Assembly: GCF_006345805.1 (NCBI RefSeq)
Contig: NC_043007.1
Location: 76,446,001-76,510,000, forward strand
DNA length: 64,000 nucleotides
Reading direction: 5' to 3'
Origin: Octopus sinensis
Taxonomy: Eukaryota
Each line of letters begins with the position of its first letter. Position 1 is the first letter of the stretch. Shown here piece by piece: positions 26,636 to 39,899 of this stretch. The translations under genes were made by a program, and so were the position numbers. Below the pieces are notes generated by a model, which was not told the DNA's origin, did no database searches, and worked only from the letters and a program-made list of their open reading frames with translations.

Positions 26636-27897
26636 AGAATATTTGAGGATATTTTGTTTTTAGTTCATTACACCTTCAAATTATTTAATGCATTATTTTT
26701 TTCAGATAACGCTTTCAAGATATCAGGCTAACTCAAGAAATGAAAAGACATGCAGCCATAATTGCTATACATGCAAACCACAGTGGTTTAGAAATGAGCA
26801 ATTTACTAAATGTTGCAAGATCATTTGTACACAAAGTTCAGTTGGAATTAGAGGTATGTGATGGTAATGTTTCACCTGCATCAAAGAGAAAAAAAAAGAC
26901 ATTCACAACGTTCACACACTAAAAGGACACCGGAATTTACACCACATGTTCAAAACATTATCAAGGAAAATCCAAGAAGATCAATGAGATCTATTGCTAA
27001 AGAACTTCAGGTATCAGAATGGACTATCAGAACTGTGGTTAATCGTGACATTCGATACAAGTCCTATGTAACGAGGAAATGCCAATTCGTGTGTGAAAAG
27101 ACCCAGGCAAACCGTCTCGTCCGTTCAAAAACGGTTACTTAACAAAGTGAAAAACTCTCATGATCAAGGCGTGCTTTGGCTTTTCTCTGACGAAGAAAAC
27201 TTTGACCAGGATCAAAAGTCTAACAGAAGAAATGACAGGTGGTCATGTGCAGATCCTTCTGAAGTACCCAGACTGATGCACACGAAACTTTCAGCAACTG
27301 TGATGATTTTAGGAATGGTGAGTAGCGAAGGTCATGTGATGCCTCCCCACTTTTTTCCACAGGGTCTTAGAATTAATGCTACTGGGTACATTGAGGCGCT
27401 GGAAACTGTTATCAAGCCTTGGATTGATAAAGCATGCAATGGAAGGCCATACGTGTTTCAACAAATCTCAACACCTTCTCACAAAGCCCTAGTCACGCAA
27501 AAATGGTTCTCAGACAATCTTTACAATTATGTAACACCCAATACGTCACCTCCAAACTCGCCAAATTTGAACCCCATGGACTACTACGTGTGGAGCACTG
27601 TTGAAAGGGAGATTAATTGTCATCCTCATAATACCATAACTTCACTGAAGGCCGCCATTGTCCAGGTGATGTCTGAAATCAACAAGACCATATAGTGTCA
27701 GCATGCCAGCAGTTTTGGACTCGCATTGAAGAAGTCATCGAAGCCGAAGGCGGCTTCATAGAATAATTTGCTTTAAAAATCATTATCAAGACTAAGTGCA
27801 CAAATATTTATTCAAATTCATATTTATTTATTTATGCTGAAATATAGTTGTTTTCTTGTATGCAAAACCTGTCTTCAAATACCCCTCGCACCCTGTA
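26628..27897 (+). mobile_element. maT-family (DD37D) transposon, near full length, frameshifted
   Basis: WLFSDEENF; YVFQQ[I]STPSH...PPNSPNLNPMDYYVW with 37-residue spacing (D2 mutated to I). Right TIR tcaaatacccctcgcaccctg-TA. Confidence 0.9.
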
Positions 27898-28129
27898 TAT
27901 ATATTTGTTTTAATTATTTGTCCTTATTTAAACATCTTATTCTGTTCGTGTGTAACAATAATTAAACTGGAAATGTCATGAAAGTCGCAAAATTATTCTA
28001 CAATAATGTCTGTAATGTCTGGTTGTATGCTATTAGTTTTCACTAATTTAGTGCCCATGTGCATGTGCTCCGTCAGTTTTGGTGCTGGGAAATGTTATAC
28101 GCGATACACAAGACGACAGCTATCATATA

Positions 28130-28811
28130 CAGGGCTTGAACAAAATAATGGAAACGCCTAGCATCATAGCATCATAATTTTGAAATATCTATAAAACCAT
28201 CAAAGGCTCGTTCATTTTTATAATTTTTGATTTATTATTAATGTTGCTTAATATGTTTTCCTAAAATTGCTGTTTCTTTTTAAATATCATCAGAAAAAGG
28301 TAATTAAAATCCATTACAATGACAGATCTATTGGACTTCCAAAGAGGTCAAATTGTTGGTGCTCGTATGGCAGGCGCTAGCGAAAACAGCCGAAATGTTT
28401 GGTGTATCAAGAAAATACAAATACAGTCGAAATGTCTGGTGTATCAAGAAGTACTGTCTCGAAAGTAATGACAGCCTTTGAGAAAAGGGTAGAAAAAAAC
28501 CTCTTCGTCGAAACGAAACTCCGGAAGAAAACCAAAACTTTCAGATAGAGACCGTCGGACTCTTACGCGAATTGTTGGAAAGGATCACAAAAGTACAGCT
28601 CCCAAAATTACTGCAGAGCTTAATGACTCCCTCAAAAACCCAGTTTCCACAAAAACTGTTCGCCGGGAGCTGCACAAACCCGTATTTCACGGGAGGGCTG
28701 CAATCAGAAAACCAGTACTTTCAAAAACAAACGTTGTAAAGTGTTTAGAGTGGAGTAAAAACCTACAGAATTGGTTCCTAGACCAGGGAGAAAATATTAT
28801 TTTCTCGGACG
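28130..28811 (+). mobile_element. Tc1-like transposon 5' half, same family as 16466-17230
   Basis: TIR cagggcttgaacaaaataatggaaacgcc; MTDLLDFQRGQIVGARMAGAS. The last ~130 bp match 17095-17215 in reverse complement. Confidence 0.85.
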
Positions 28812-28823
28812 TGTATATATGTA

Positions 28824-28881
<58 letters not shown>

Positions 28882-28954
28882 ATATATATATAATATATAT
28901 ATATATACATATATATATACATATATATACATACATACATACATATATATATAT

Positions 28955-28986
<32 letters not shown>

Positions 28987-29757
28987 TGTGTGTGTATTCA
29001 TATATATACACAAACATACATACACACACACACATATATATATGGATGTGTATATTTATATATATATATATTATATGATGTTATTTATATAAATGATATG
29101 AGCACGTGCGCGCGCGTGTGTGTGTATGTGTGTCATTGGTGTTACAAACACGAAAATAGAACTCACGTGAGTTCATATGTAATATTTTTGTTTTTCATCG
29201 TCAGAAATTACAAATTACTACAAGGGACGAGTTATATTTATCATTTCAAGTCTGTCTGCACTAGTGTAATGCCCATAATCGGAAACAATTTTGGTAAACC
29301 CCCAAACCTTTTCGCCATTAAGTCACACAAACACACACACACACACACATTTGCGGGAGTAGGTTATATATAGAACGATAGTCTACCGTTTCCTATTCTG
29401 TTCAACTTTTTTTTTTCATTTTTAGTCATATTTACTATAATAACTTTTTTTCAGGAAAATACTCAAGAGTTCTTTAGGATAGGAGGAGACTTTAGACAGC
29501 ATGTCTATTGGGAGAGGCAAGCCACATAACGGAACAATAGAGAGTGTATGTACTTCATTGACTGGCATTTTTCTATAAGGGCTCTTTGTCAAAAGTTAGG
29601 AAATGATTTAATCAATTTATGTTGAAAACTAAACCAAGTAACAAGAGTAATTGTTAGTTATATCCTGCTGACAAATTTGGCTCAAGGTTATCCTAGCTTT
29701 TGATCCTCTTCCGTTCAAGGATGAGTGATATTCCTATTATTATCGATTTTTACCACG

Positions 29758-30369
29758 AAGGTGGTGAGCTGGCAGAAACGTTAGCACGCCGGGCGAAATG
29801 CTTAGCAGTATTTCGTCTGCCGCTACGTTCTGAGTTCAAATTCCACCGAGGTCGACTTTGCTTTTCGTCTTATCGAGATTAATGTAATCGACTATGCCAC
29901 AGCATTTCAGGGCTTGTGAATAAAGGGATTACTAATAACATTTTTATCGTTTAAGGTGGTGAATCGTTAGCACGTGGGTTAAAAAGAAAACTTTATGGAA
30001 TCTATTCCGACCTTACGCCCTCCGTTTAAATTCTGCTGCGAACGACTTCTGCTTTTCATCCTTCGGTAGCGATAAAATAGAGTACTGGGATTGATGCAAT
30101 CAACATTTTTTTTAATTCTTCAATTTGTGTTAAAATTTGAAAGAATTATTAATATTGGCTTCAAACTTTGGCACACGGCCAGCAATTTCCGGGAAGGGGA
30201 TAAGTCGATTGCATCAACCCCAGTGCTCAACTGGCACTTGTTTTATCGACCCCGAAAGGATGAAAGGCAAAGTCGACCTCGATGGAATTTGAACTCAGAA
30301 CGTAAAGATGGACGAAATGCCGCTAAGCATTTTGCCTGGCGTATGCTAACGATTCTGCCCGTTCGCTAC

Positions 30370-30440
<71 letters not shown>

Positions 30441-30834
30441 GGTGGTGATCTGGCAGAAACATTAACACGCCAGGCGAAACGCCTAGCGGTATTTCGTCTG
30501 CCGTTACGTTCTGAGTTCAAATTCCGCCGAGGTCGACTTTGCCTTTCATCCTTTCGGGATCGATAAATTAAGTACCAGTTACGCACTGCGATCGATGTAA
30601 TCGATTTAATCCCTATGTCTGTCCTTGTTTGTCCCCTCTATGTTTAGCCTCTTGTGGGTAATAAAGAAATAGGTATTTCGTCTGCCGCTGAGTTCTGAGT
30701 TCAAATTCCACCGAAGTCGAATTTGCCTTTCCTCTTTTCGGGGTCAATAAATTAAATACCAGTGAAACACTGGGTCGATGTAATCGACTATACCTCTCCC
30801 CCAAATTTCAGGCCTCGTGCCTATAGTAGAAAAG

Positions 30835-30835
<1 letters not shown>
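29758..30835. mobile_element. Cluster of SINE family S3 copies (plus at 29758, 29953 and 30440; minus at about 30130-30368)
   Basis: Repeated ggtggtgagctggcagaaacgttagcacgccgggcgaaatgc...gttctgagttcaaattccgccgaggtcgactttgcc. Confidence 0.85.
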
Positions 30836-30880
<45 letters not shown>

Positions 30881-30885
<5 letters not shown>

Positions 30886-32400
30886 TAGCCTTACTTTTAT
30901 AACGTGCCTTCACTGCACTACCGAGCGCAGCTCTGTGTGCCTTAGGTATGTGCTGTGGTTTGCTGCGATGCTCTTATAGTTACTGTATTGGAGGTGTTTT
31001 ACGTAGGATGTGTATGGTGCCTAGTAGTGCTATTTTCTGTATGTTATATATATTTGTTAGTCCTGGTGTTTTTGTTATGTATTTATCTGAATATATTTTT
31101 ATTATACCTAAAGCGCCCTGGAGTTACCTCTATTTCCAGGTCTTTGTATTTTGAAAGTTTCTCCATTTCTTTTCGAGAAAATTTGTCATTAGTTGGTATT
31201 GATATATCAATTAGAAAGCATGTTTTTTTTTCATGATCTCTGACAACTATATCTGGCCTACTGGCCTTAATTTCTCTATCTGTATGTATTGATATATCCT
31301 ATAGTATTGTTGTTTTCTCATTTTCTGTGACTTTTCCTGGTGTGTGCCTATCCCATCTTGTTTCTGTTATTATTTCATAGTGTTGGCATAGCTTCCAGTG
31401 TATGTATGTTCCAATTCTCACGTATCCATGAATATATTCCTTCTTAGCTAGGACTGGGCAACCAGAGACAATATGATTTATTGTTTCTTGTCCATTTCCA
31501 CATATTCTGCAGATACTTATTGTTTCTTTTCATTATATGTCTTTGGCAATTTCTGGTGGGGAGGCTTTGGTCTTGTGCTGCATTTAAAAATTCTTCAGTC
31601 TCTACTTTGAGTCCTAAGCTTCTCAGCCATTACTGGGATTTTGCTTTGTCTATTTCTTTTGCGTTTAGTTTAGCCCAGTATTTGCCATGAAGGGGCTTTT
31701 CTTGCCATCGTTCTATCATGATCCGTTGCTGTTCTAATTTTAGTTTGGATTTCATTTGTTTTATAGCTTTTGCTGTTTCTTCTTTTTCTTCGTAGTTGTT
31801 AGATAGTATGAGTTCTTGTTTGTATTTGTCAGCTTTCTAAAGACTGGAAACAATTTTTGTTTTATTCGTGTTTTGTGGATTTTTGTATTAGTTTTCCCTG
31901 TTTCTGAAGTAGGTATTTCTGCAGTACTATGGTGGTTATTTTGTAATAGTTTTCTAGCTGTATAAGGCCTCTACCACCTTCTATACGTTGTATATATAAC
32001 CTTTCCATGTCAGATTTTGGGTGGTGCATTCTAAATCCTGTTATTATTTTTCTTGTTTTCCTGTCAATTTTGATTCATTCATTTAGTGTCCAGTTAAGGA
32101 TATTGTAGCTGTAACTTAAAAGTGAGACAGCTAAAATGTTGATACCTAATATCTTGTTTTTCGCATTAAGTTCTGTTTTCAGGATTAATCTAACTCGTCT
32201 GTCATATTCTTTTCTTATTTTCTCTTTCATTTGTGTGTGTTGTATCGTATCTAGTTCATTGATTCCGAAATATATGTATGTCTAGCTTTGATCTAATTCT
32301 CTTATTCCATTTGCTACTCTTAACTAGTTTTCCTATTTTCAAGGTTGCTTTGGCACATTTTTCTAAGCCAAATTTCATTCTTTGGTAAATCCATGTACTG
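30881..32400 (-). mobile_element. 5'-truncated R4/Dong element, same family as 10550-14345
   Basis: Reverse complement of about 12760-14330. Flanked by (ATT)n on the left and an ATT/CAT array on the right. Confidence 0.9.
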
Positions 32401-32404
32401 TCAT

Positions 32405-32632
32405 GTTGTTGTTGTTATTATCACCATCATCATCATCATCATCATCATCATTTTATTATATTATTATTATTATTATTATTATATTATTATTATTATTATT
32501 ATTATTATTATCATTATATTATTATTATATATTATATTATTATTATTATTATTATATTATTATTATTATTATTATTATTATTATCATCATCATTATTATT
32601 ATTATTATATTAATTATTATTATTAATAATAA

Positions 32633-32663
<31 letters not shown>

Positions 32664-32670
32664 AATATTT
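32405..32670. repeat. (CAT)n/(ATT)n/(AAT)n microsatellite
   Basis: Seen directly. Confidence 0.95.
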
Positions 32671-32768
32671 AAGGATTGATGTTACTCCTCCAGAAGTTAC
32701 TCCTCATCGTCATTGAGTGGGGGAGCAGTGAATGCCACACACACATACACAAACACACACACACACAC

Positions 32769-32832
<64 letters not shown>

Positions 32833-32870
32833 ATAATATGTATATATATGTGTGTGTGGTATATATATAT

Positions 32871-32903
<33 letters not shown>

Positions 32904-32904
32904 A

Positions 32905-33085
32905 AAGTTAATCCAAACAAGAAAACAGACAAAAACAGCAACGCGAGGACGTGGAACAATTAAAGTATTATTTGACGCTCAGGAAAGAAGGGAGAGGGTT
33001 TAACGTTTCGAGCGGCGCTCTTCGTCGGAAACAAGGAGAAGGAAAGATCCCAAGAAGGGAAGACAGAGGAAAAAATTATTTTTGC
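32905..33085 (-). repeat. Short Penelope-terminus-like repeat with a minimal hammerhead variant
   Basis: Minus strand reads gttt-CCGACGA-a-gagc-gcc-gctc-GAAA-cgtt-aaac. Confidence 0.6.
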
Positions 33086-33314
33086 TGGTGGTGCTCAAGA
33101 GATCACATATGTATGTGTATCTGTGTTTGTTCCTCCCATTTCCACCACTTGAATGTATATATTTCCCTGTGCCTCAGCGGTTCGGCAAAAGAGTTGGATA
33201 AAATAAGCATCAGGCTTTAAAATGTACTGGAGTCAATACATACGACTATAAATTCTTCAAGGCGGTGCCCTTAGCATGACCACATTCTAATGACTGAAAC
33301 AACTTAAAGATAAA

Positions 33315-33354
<40 letters not shown>

Positions 33355-33832
33355 TATATATATATAATAAAGCTGTTGTAGTTGTTGTTGTTGTTGCTGC
33401 TGCTGCTGCTGCTACTGCTGCTACTGCTACCGCTGCAGCCGCTGCTACTATCATCGCTCATTGTTGGTACAGCTGTTACTGGCGGACACTACTTCTGCCT
33501 CGTAGACCACGGCCTCGGAGTTGCATTGACCACCCTGGAAATAAACGTGCAAATTTTTCCATCATGTTTGTTAAGTATGATCAATTATAACCGTCAATCT
33601 GGGATAGTACCGGACTACATAATAGAATAATTATACGCTACGATAGATGTTTTCATCTTAACCAAGCAGAACACACACACACACACACACATGGACGCGC
33701 GCACACATACACACACGTACACGCACACGCACACATGCACACGCACGCACACTCACGCTCACACAAACAAGCACATGCACGCACGCACACACACATACAC
33801 ACACAGAGTGATTGAGAGAGAGAGAGGGGGGA

Positions 33833-33868
<36 letters not shown>

Positions 33869-34653
33869 TGAGCAAGAGATTGAGTTGCATACAATTATCA
33901 TATTATGTTTTTTAATTACTTCGATAGTTATTAATATGATATAATAACTGCAAAAGTAGGCTAAATGTTTTTGATCTAGAATACAGCAAAATAAAACATC
34001 ACAAGATATTATGACTCTGTGTGTCTCGGGAGTTCTGCATTGCATAATTTAATTGACTAAAACACCTACCTTTCACAAGTCTCTGGAATCTGTGGTTTCC
34101 ATAGCGTTAAGCTGATGCGACGTAAATCTGTCTCTGCATATAACGCTATAGCCTATCGGATGGAACTTTCCTTTGGAAAGAAATAAACTTAGGCCAGTGA
34201 ATTACTATGTCAAATTTGTATTTGTATCATAATCGATGCTTATATCGGGGAACTATGCCGCTCTGTGATACTTATTTACAACTAGAGGAACCAGTACTGC
34301 TGTGAGTTATATGCCTTAGGCACGAACATATTGCGACCTCGATCAAAAAGATACATAATATCTTGCTCTTTGCTGGTTGTGTAGTAATGTTTTGACTGCA
34401 TTATTCAATTTCTCCAGCTCTCTTTTTCATAGCTATGTCGAATAAAAATGGTAAGTTGTCATACACTGGGCTGGAACCGAAGAAATGATTTGCTAGAAGA
34501 ATAAACTTCGTAATTATAAACCAACGCACCTGACTGTTTAGTTGTTAGAGCGTTTACTAACTGACACCCTTTTAAAATCGTTTCTAAGGTTTGAAATTTT
34601 ACACCCAAGATAACACAAATCTGCCAGAATAGGATGTCAGTCCCCAAAGATAG

Positions 34654-34686
<33 letters not shown>

Positions 34687-34687
34687 T

Positions 34688-34853
34688 ACGACAGGCTTCT
34701 TTCAGTTTCCGTCTGCCAAATCCACTCACAAGGCTTTGGTCAGCCCGAGGCTATAGTAGAAGACACTTGCCCAAGGTGCCACGTAGTGGGACTGAACTCG
34801 GAACCATGTGGTTCGTAAGCAAGCTACTTACCACACAGCCACTCCTACGCCTA
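34688..34853 (-). mobile_element. SINE family S1, 5' half
   Basis: Matches 21390-21555. Confidence 0.85.
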
Positions 34854-35805
34854 TACATACATACATACATACATACATACATACATACATACATACATAA
34901 TTCATACATACGTGTTTACAGATGTGTGTTCGAGTTCCATTGGCAACCTTCGAGGCTTTCTATCCAAGAGGTTATTCAAACCAATATTCTACATGCTGTT
35001 ATTTATTACTTTACCTAGAGCGCAGTGAGCCCACTGGGAATTAGAAAACCTTGGTCTTTGTCAAGGCATCCTTCTAGGAGAAGGTTAACTCATATATAGA
35101 ATCCATGCTCTACTGAGCCGAGTATCTTGCACTTAGCTTATCTCTAGCTTCTTGGTATTGCTAGTGAGAGTCGTCGTGGTGTTGTGCGAGCCGCACTTTA
35201 ACTTAAACTTTAACTTTGCACGGGCAATGCTGACACTGATTCTACCAGCGATAACCTTACTCGTCTAACGAGGAGACAACCATCATATATATATACATAC
35301 ATATAGGAACGGTGCACTGTCAGATAGTCATTCAGCGTTGGCTCTGTGTGTGTGTGATACAGCATTGGCTCTGTGCGCGTATGTACGTATGTATGCATGT
35401 CTGTATCTATGCATATTCAGGATTGTCTATTCATGTGCTATCAAACACTGCGCTTCTTGACCAGTAGCTAATTCAAATGTTAACAGTTTTCAAGTATTAT
35501 GGACGGAGTGGCACTTCACTCAGTGTATGTGCTGTAAAACAGACCGCAAGACGCCGTTGAACGAAATACAACAATTGTACTAGGCGTCGCTTAAAAGAAC
35601 AAAATTTAAACACTTTAGTGAACCATTAATGAATATATAAATAACGAGAATGACTAGCATTGATAACTGAGATTGCCTCAAAACACTCACGCATATATAT
35701 ACTCACCACTAGTGCCGGGAATATTTCATCATTCATTATTTATTTAATATTCGAGTACTATTTTTCCCACCTTGTTTCACATTTATGAGCTTACTTTGGT
35801 ATGTA

Positions 35806-35898
<93 letters not shown>

Positions 35899-36149
35899 AC
35901 ACACCACACCACACATATATATATACATTACATATATGTATAACATATGAATATCATTATATATATATGTTCAGCAAAATTTAGATTAAGATGAATATGG
36001 TACTTAAGTTAAAGGCACCAGAATTTGGTATGGTATTATCAATATAGATCAAATGGGGTGATTATATTAAAATAAGCAACAGGATATCCAGGTAGTGTAG
36101 TACAATGTTTCATGCTACACTACCTTGGATATCCTTGTTGCTTATTTTG

Positions 36150-36217
<68 letters not shown>

Positions 36218-36365
36218 TACATTACATATATGTCTATCATATACATATATATTACATATATACACATATATATATACATATACATTATAATATATATAAT
36301 ATTATATATATCTATATATATATATATATAGATATATATATATATACCGAATATATACATATACT

Positions 36366-36700
36366 CTGTCGGAACAGCCTGCTCGTGAAATTAACGTGCA
36401 AGTGGCTGAGCACTCCACAGACACGTATACCCTTAACATAGTTCTCGGGAAGATTCGGCATGGCACAGAGTGTGACAAGGTTGGTCCTTTGAAATACAGG
36501 TAAAACAGAAACAGGTAGAAAGAGTGAGAAAAAATTGTGGTGAAAGAGTACAGCAGGGTTCGCCACCACCTCCTGCCGGAGCCTAGTGTAGCTTTAGGTG
36601 TTTTCGCTCAATAAACACTCAACGCTCGGTCTGGGAATCGATACCGCGATCCTACGACCGCCAGTTCGCTACCCTAACCACTGAGCCATTGCACCTCCAC
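36366..36700 (-). mobile_element. SINE family S2
   Basis: Reverse complement of the tRNA head seen at 4787. Confidence 0.85.
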
Positions 36701-36701
36701 G

Positions 36702-36819
<118 letters not shown>

Positions 36820-37139
36820 TACATGTATGTATATCATATATATATATATATGCGTGTGTGTGTACGTAAGCCATATATACAAATAAATATGATAAATGCT
36901 CATGCCGAGAAAAATCATAATACCCATCGCTGAACCTCTGTATGGGTACAAATCTTGTATATAAATGTACCGTGACATAAGGTTTATACATCCTCTTTTG
37001 TTAACGGTTATTCTTAATACTTTTCTTGCTGTATTGCGTGCTCGTTTCTTTTATTATTGATCTTCTATGTAAATGAAGGTATATCCTTTAATTTGTTGCT
37101 TTTCTTTCTACGAAATGAGAAGATATATTGTGCAACTAT

Positions 37140-37640
37140 TATTTTAACGAGTTGTGTAAATATTTTGAACTAGGTGGCTCAATATTGTTTGCTTGCTAAC
37201 ACCAAATAACAACGATAATTCACGGACAATTTGAGATGGATCTGACTCGACGGTGGCTTTTAGCTCGTCATTATCCACCTTTGTTTCTGGTCGACCGCGT
37301 TGCTCATTTGTGAGGTCAAAGTTACCAGAAAGAAACTTTTCAAACCAATTTGATGCCATCTGCTGTGTAATAACATTAGAATGAAATACTCCATTAATAT
37401 TCCGAGTTGTCTGTGATGCTGTATTTCCAAAGAATAACTCATATTTCAAAACGGCACGAATTTCCGACTTATTCATCTCTGAACAAAAATAGAAAAAACG
37501 ATTTATACTTTATAAAGCGCAAAATGAGTTAGAATAAAGAAATAGATGTATCAGCTTTCTAACAAAAAGTAAAGATTGTCAAAGTATAATAATGGTTTAC
37601 CATATACCTTTCTACAAATTTCATACTTGACGACCTAATA
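37140..37640 (-). mobile_element. Mariner transposon 5' fragment
   Basis: MNKSEIRAVLKYEL...WFEKFLSGNFDLTNEQRGRPETKVDNDELKATVESDP (HTH region). TIR tattaggtcgtcaagtatga. Confidence 0.9.
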
Positions 37641-37648
37641 ATAGATAT

Positions 37649-37702
<54 letters not shown>

Positions 37703-37704
37703 TT

Positions 37705-38098
37705 ATATCTCTTTTACTCTTCTACTTGTTTCAGTCATTTGACTGCGGTCATGCTGGAGCAACGCCTTTAGTCGAGCAAATCGACCCCATGACTTATTCT
37801 TTGTAAGCCTAATACTTATTCTATCGGTCTCTTGTGCCGAACCGCTAAGTGACGGGGACATAAACACACCAGCATCGGTTGTCAAGCAATGCTAGGGGGA
37901 CAAACATACACACAAGCATACACGCACACACGCATATATATACATATATACGACAGGCTTCTTTCAGTTTCCGTCTACCAAATCCACTCTCAAGGCTTTG
38001 GTCGGCTCGAGGCTATAGTAGAAGACACTTGCTCAAGATGCCACGCAGTGGGACTGAACCCGGAATCATGTCGTTGATAAGCAAGGTACTTACCACAG
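37705..38098 (-). mobile_element. SINE family S1
   Basis: Reverse complement of 7077-7480. Confidence 0.9.
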
Positions 38099-38376
38099 CA
38101 TGTATGTGTATATATTTATTTACATATTCATACATATACGGTCGCAAAAAGAAAGAAACAAACAAACAAACGAAAAGGAGAAAATAAAAGAATGATAAAT
38201 AGACTCTTCGATTGTTTAACAGATAAATGTTTATATTTAGAAAGTGCTAAAATGTGGAAAGTCAGGTACGAGCTAAGGAGTTTGAGAATGAAAGAAAAAT
38301 ATAGACATTTCCCTTGGAAGGAAATGACTCTAAGGGAAATTTTCACAATTTTCCCCAATAAGATATATATATATAC

Positions 38377-38420
<44 letters not shown>

Positions 38421-38775
38421 TTACAACTTCTTTTAAACTTCTTCTTCTTCTTCCTCTTCTTCTTCTTCTTCCTCCTCCTCCTCCTCATCATCATCATCAT
38501 ATATGAAGTTTAAAAGAAGTTGTAAATGTGACAATTTTGTCTTTTATTCACTTGGTTTATATCACTTGGCTTATATCAAACCTCATTGTGAATGTATCCG
38601 GGTTTTTTTATATTATATCATCTCTGATCGAGCAGACGTATAATCGAATATCTTCCAGTTATGACAATCCCGTTTTACTTAATGACACTGTATCAAACTA
38701 AGTGTATTTCCTTTTCTGTATTGGTCCAGAACATATTTCGTGGTTGCTGATTATTCCATGTTGCAACCCATGACC

Positions 38776-39465
38776 GGTAAATTCCACTACGGTAAATTCC
38801 ACTAATAATCACTCAGCAATCAGTGCCCATATTAATGCCCGAAAGGCAGTTAATTCAATGAAAAGTGAAGTAATGAGAACGGACACAGTATCTTCACCGG
38901 AAGTAATAGCAACTGCTGTACAAAATCTCGATGAGGTGCACAATCATTGTTGCAAGCTATTCCTAGACTTTCACGTAACATACGCAACTGGAGGCAACGT
39001 GCTTTAGGAATCCCAGCACTTCCAACTTGTCGTTCTATGTTTGAAATTCCTGATGCAGTAAAGTACTTAGAAAATGGGTCCTTGTTTTTGGTCTTTGACA
39101 GTGACGCTGATGACGAAATTGTGCACATTCGACGTGAGGACTCGACAACAAAAAAAAAAGGTTTTATCAAACGATCGATGCACTACTAAAGAAGCTAGTT
39201 GAGAATTATCAATCTGAAAACGCTCTGCAATTTTAAAGAAATATTGCACGCAATTTGTCATAAAAGAATTTTCTTCAAAATATATTAAACCTTATTTCAT
39301 AACTTTATTCTTATGTACTTGCCATCATTTCTATATAAGTATATAAGTATATAAATAAAATGTGATCCAAAATGTATTCATATTACCTATAGTGAAATTT
39401 AACGTAGCGGAATTTACCTTAGTGGAATTTTACCTATAGTGAAATTTACCGTAGTGGAATTTACC
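38776..39465 (+). mobile_element. Non-autonomous MULE-like element whose TIRs are built from 15-bp subrepeats
   Basis: Left end (ggtaaattccactac)x2; right end 4-5 inverted copies ending gtagtggaatttacc. The internal fragment RNIRNWRQRALGIPALPTCRSMFEIPDAVKYLENGSLFLVFDS resembles the region before the MULE domain. Confidence 0.6.
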
Positions 39466-39899
39466 CAGAGCCGTTGCAACCTGGGATGTTGTTTGCTACC
39501 ATAAGCCTTGTATCAACTCAAGCCTGAAATTGAGTAAAAGGAAACTGAGTGAATGTCCTTTGCACTCGTTCTTAGGGAGTAGACTAAAATGTTATCTTTG
39601 TCTTCTACTTGCTTCAATTATTAGACTAGCAATGTTGATGCTGCGCCTTCAAGAGATGTGTCAAGTGGTACTTATTGTAAAGTTTTTTCTGCCAAACCAT
39701 TAAGTTTCAGAGACGTAAACAAACCAAAGCCTGTTGTCAAACACAATTACAATGATACACCCACATTGATATAAACTTATATGACGAGAATTGAGATGCT
39801 ATGCATCAGAATTCGAATCACGTGAAATGAGTATATCTGCTACTTCAGTAGGGAGCAAACTTCTTACCACGCAGTCACGCTTGCATCTATGTTGCTAAC

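Noticed and set aside
39385-39465. Short regularly repeated units suggesting a CRISPR array
   Set aside because: Adjacent 15-bp subrepeats with no spacers; this is a TIR in eukaryotic DNA.
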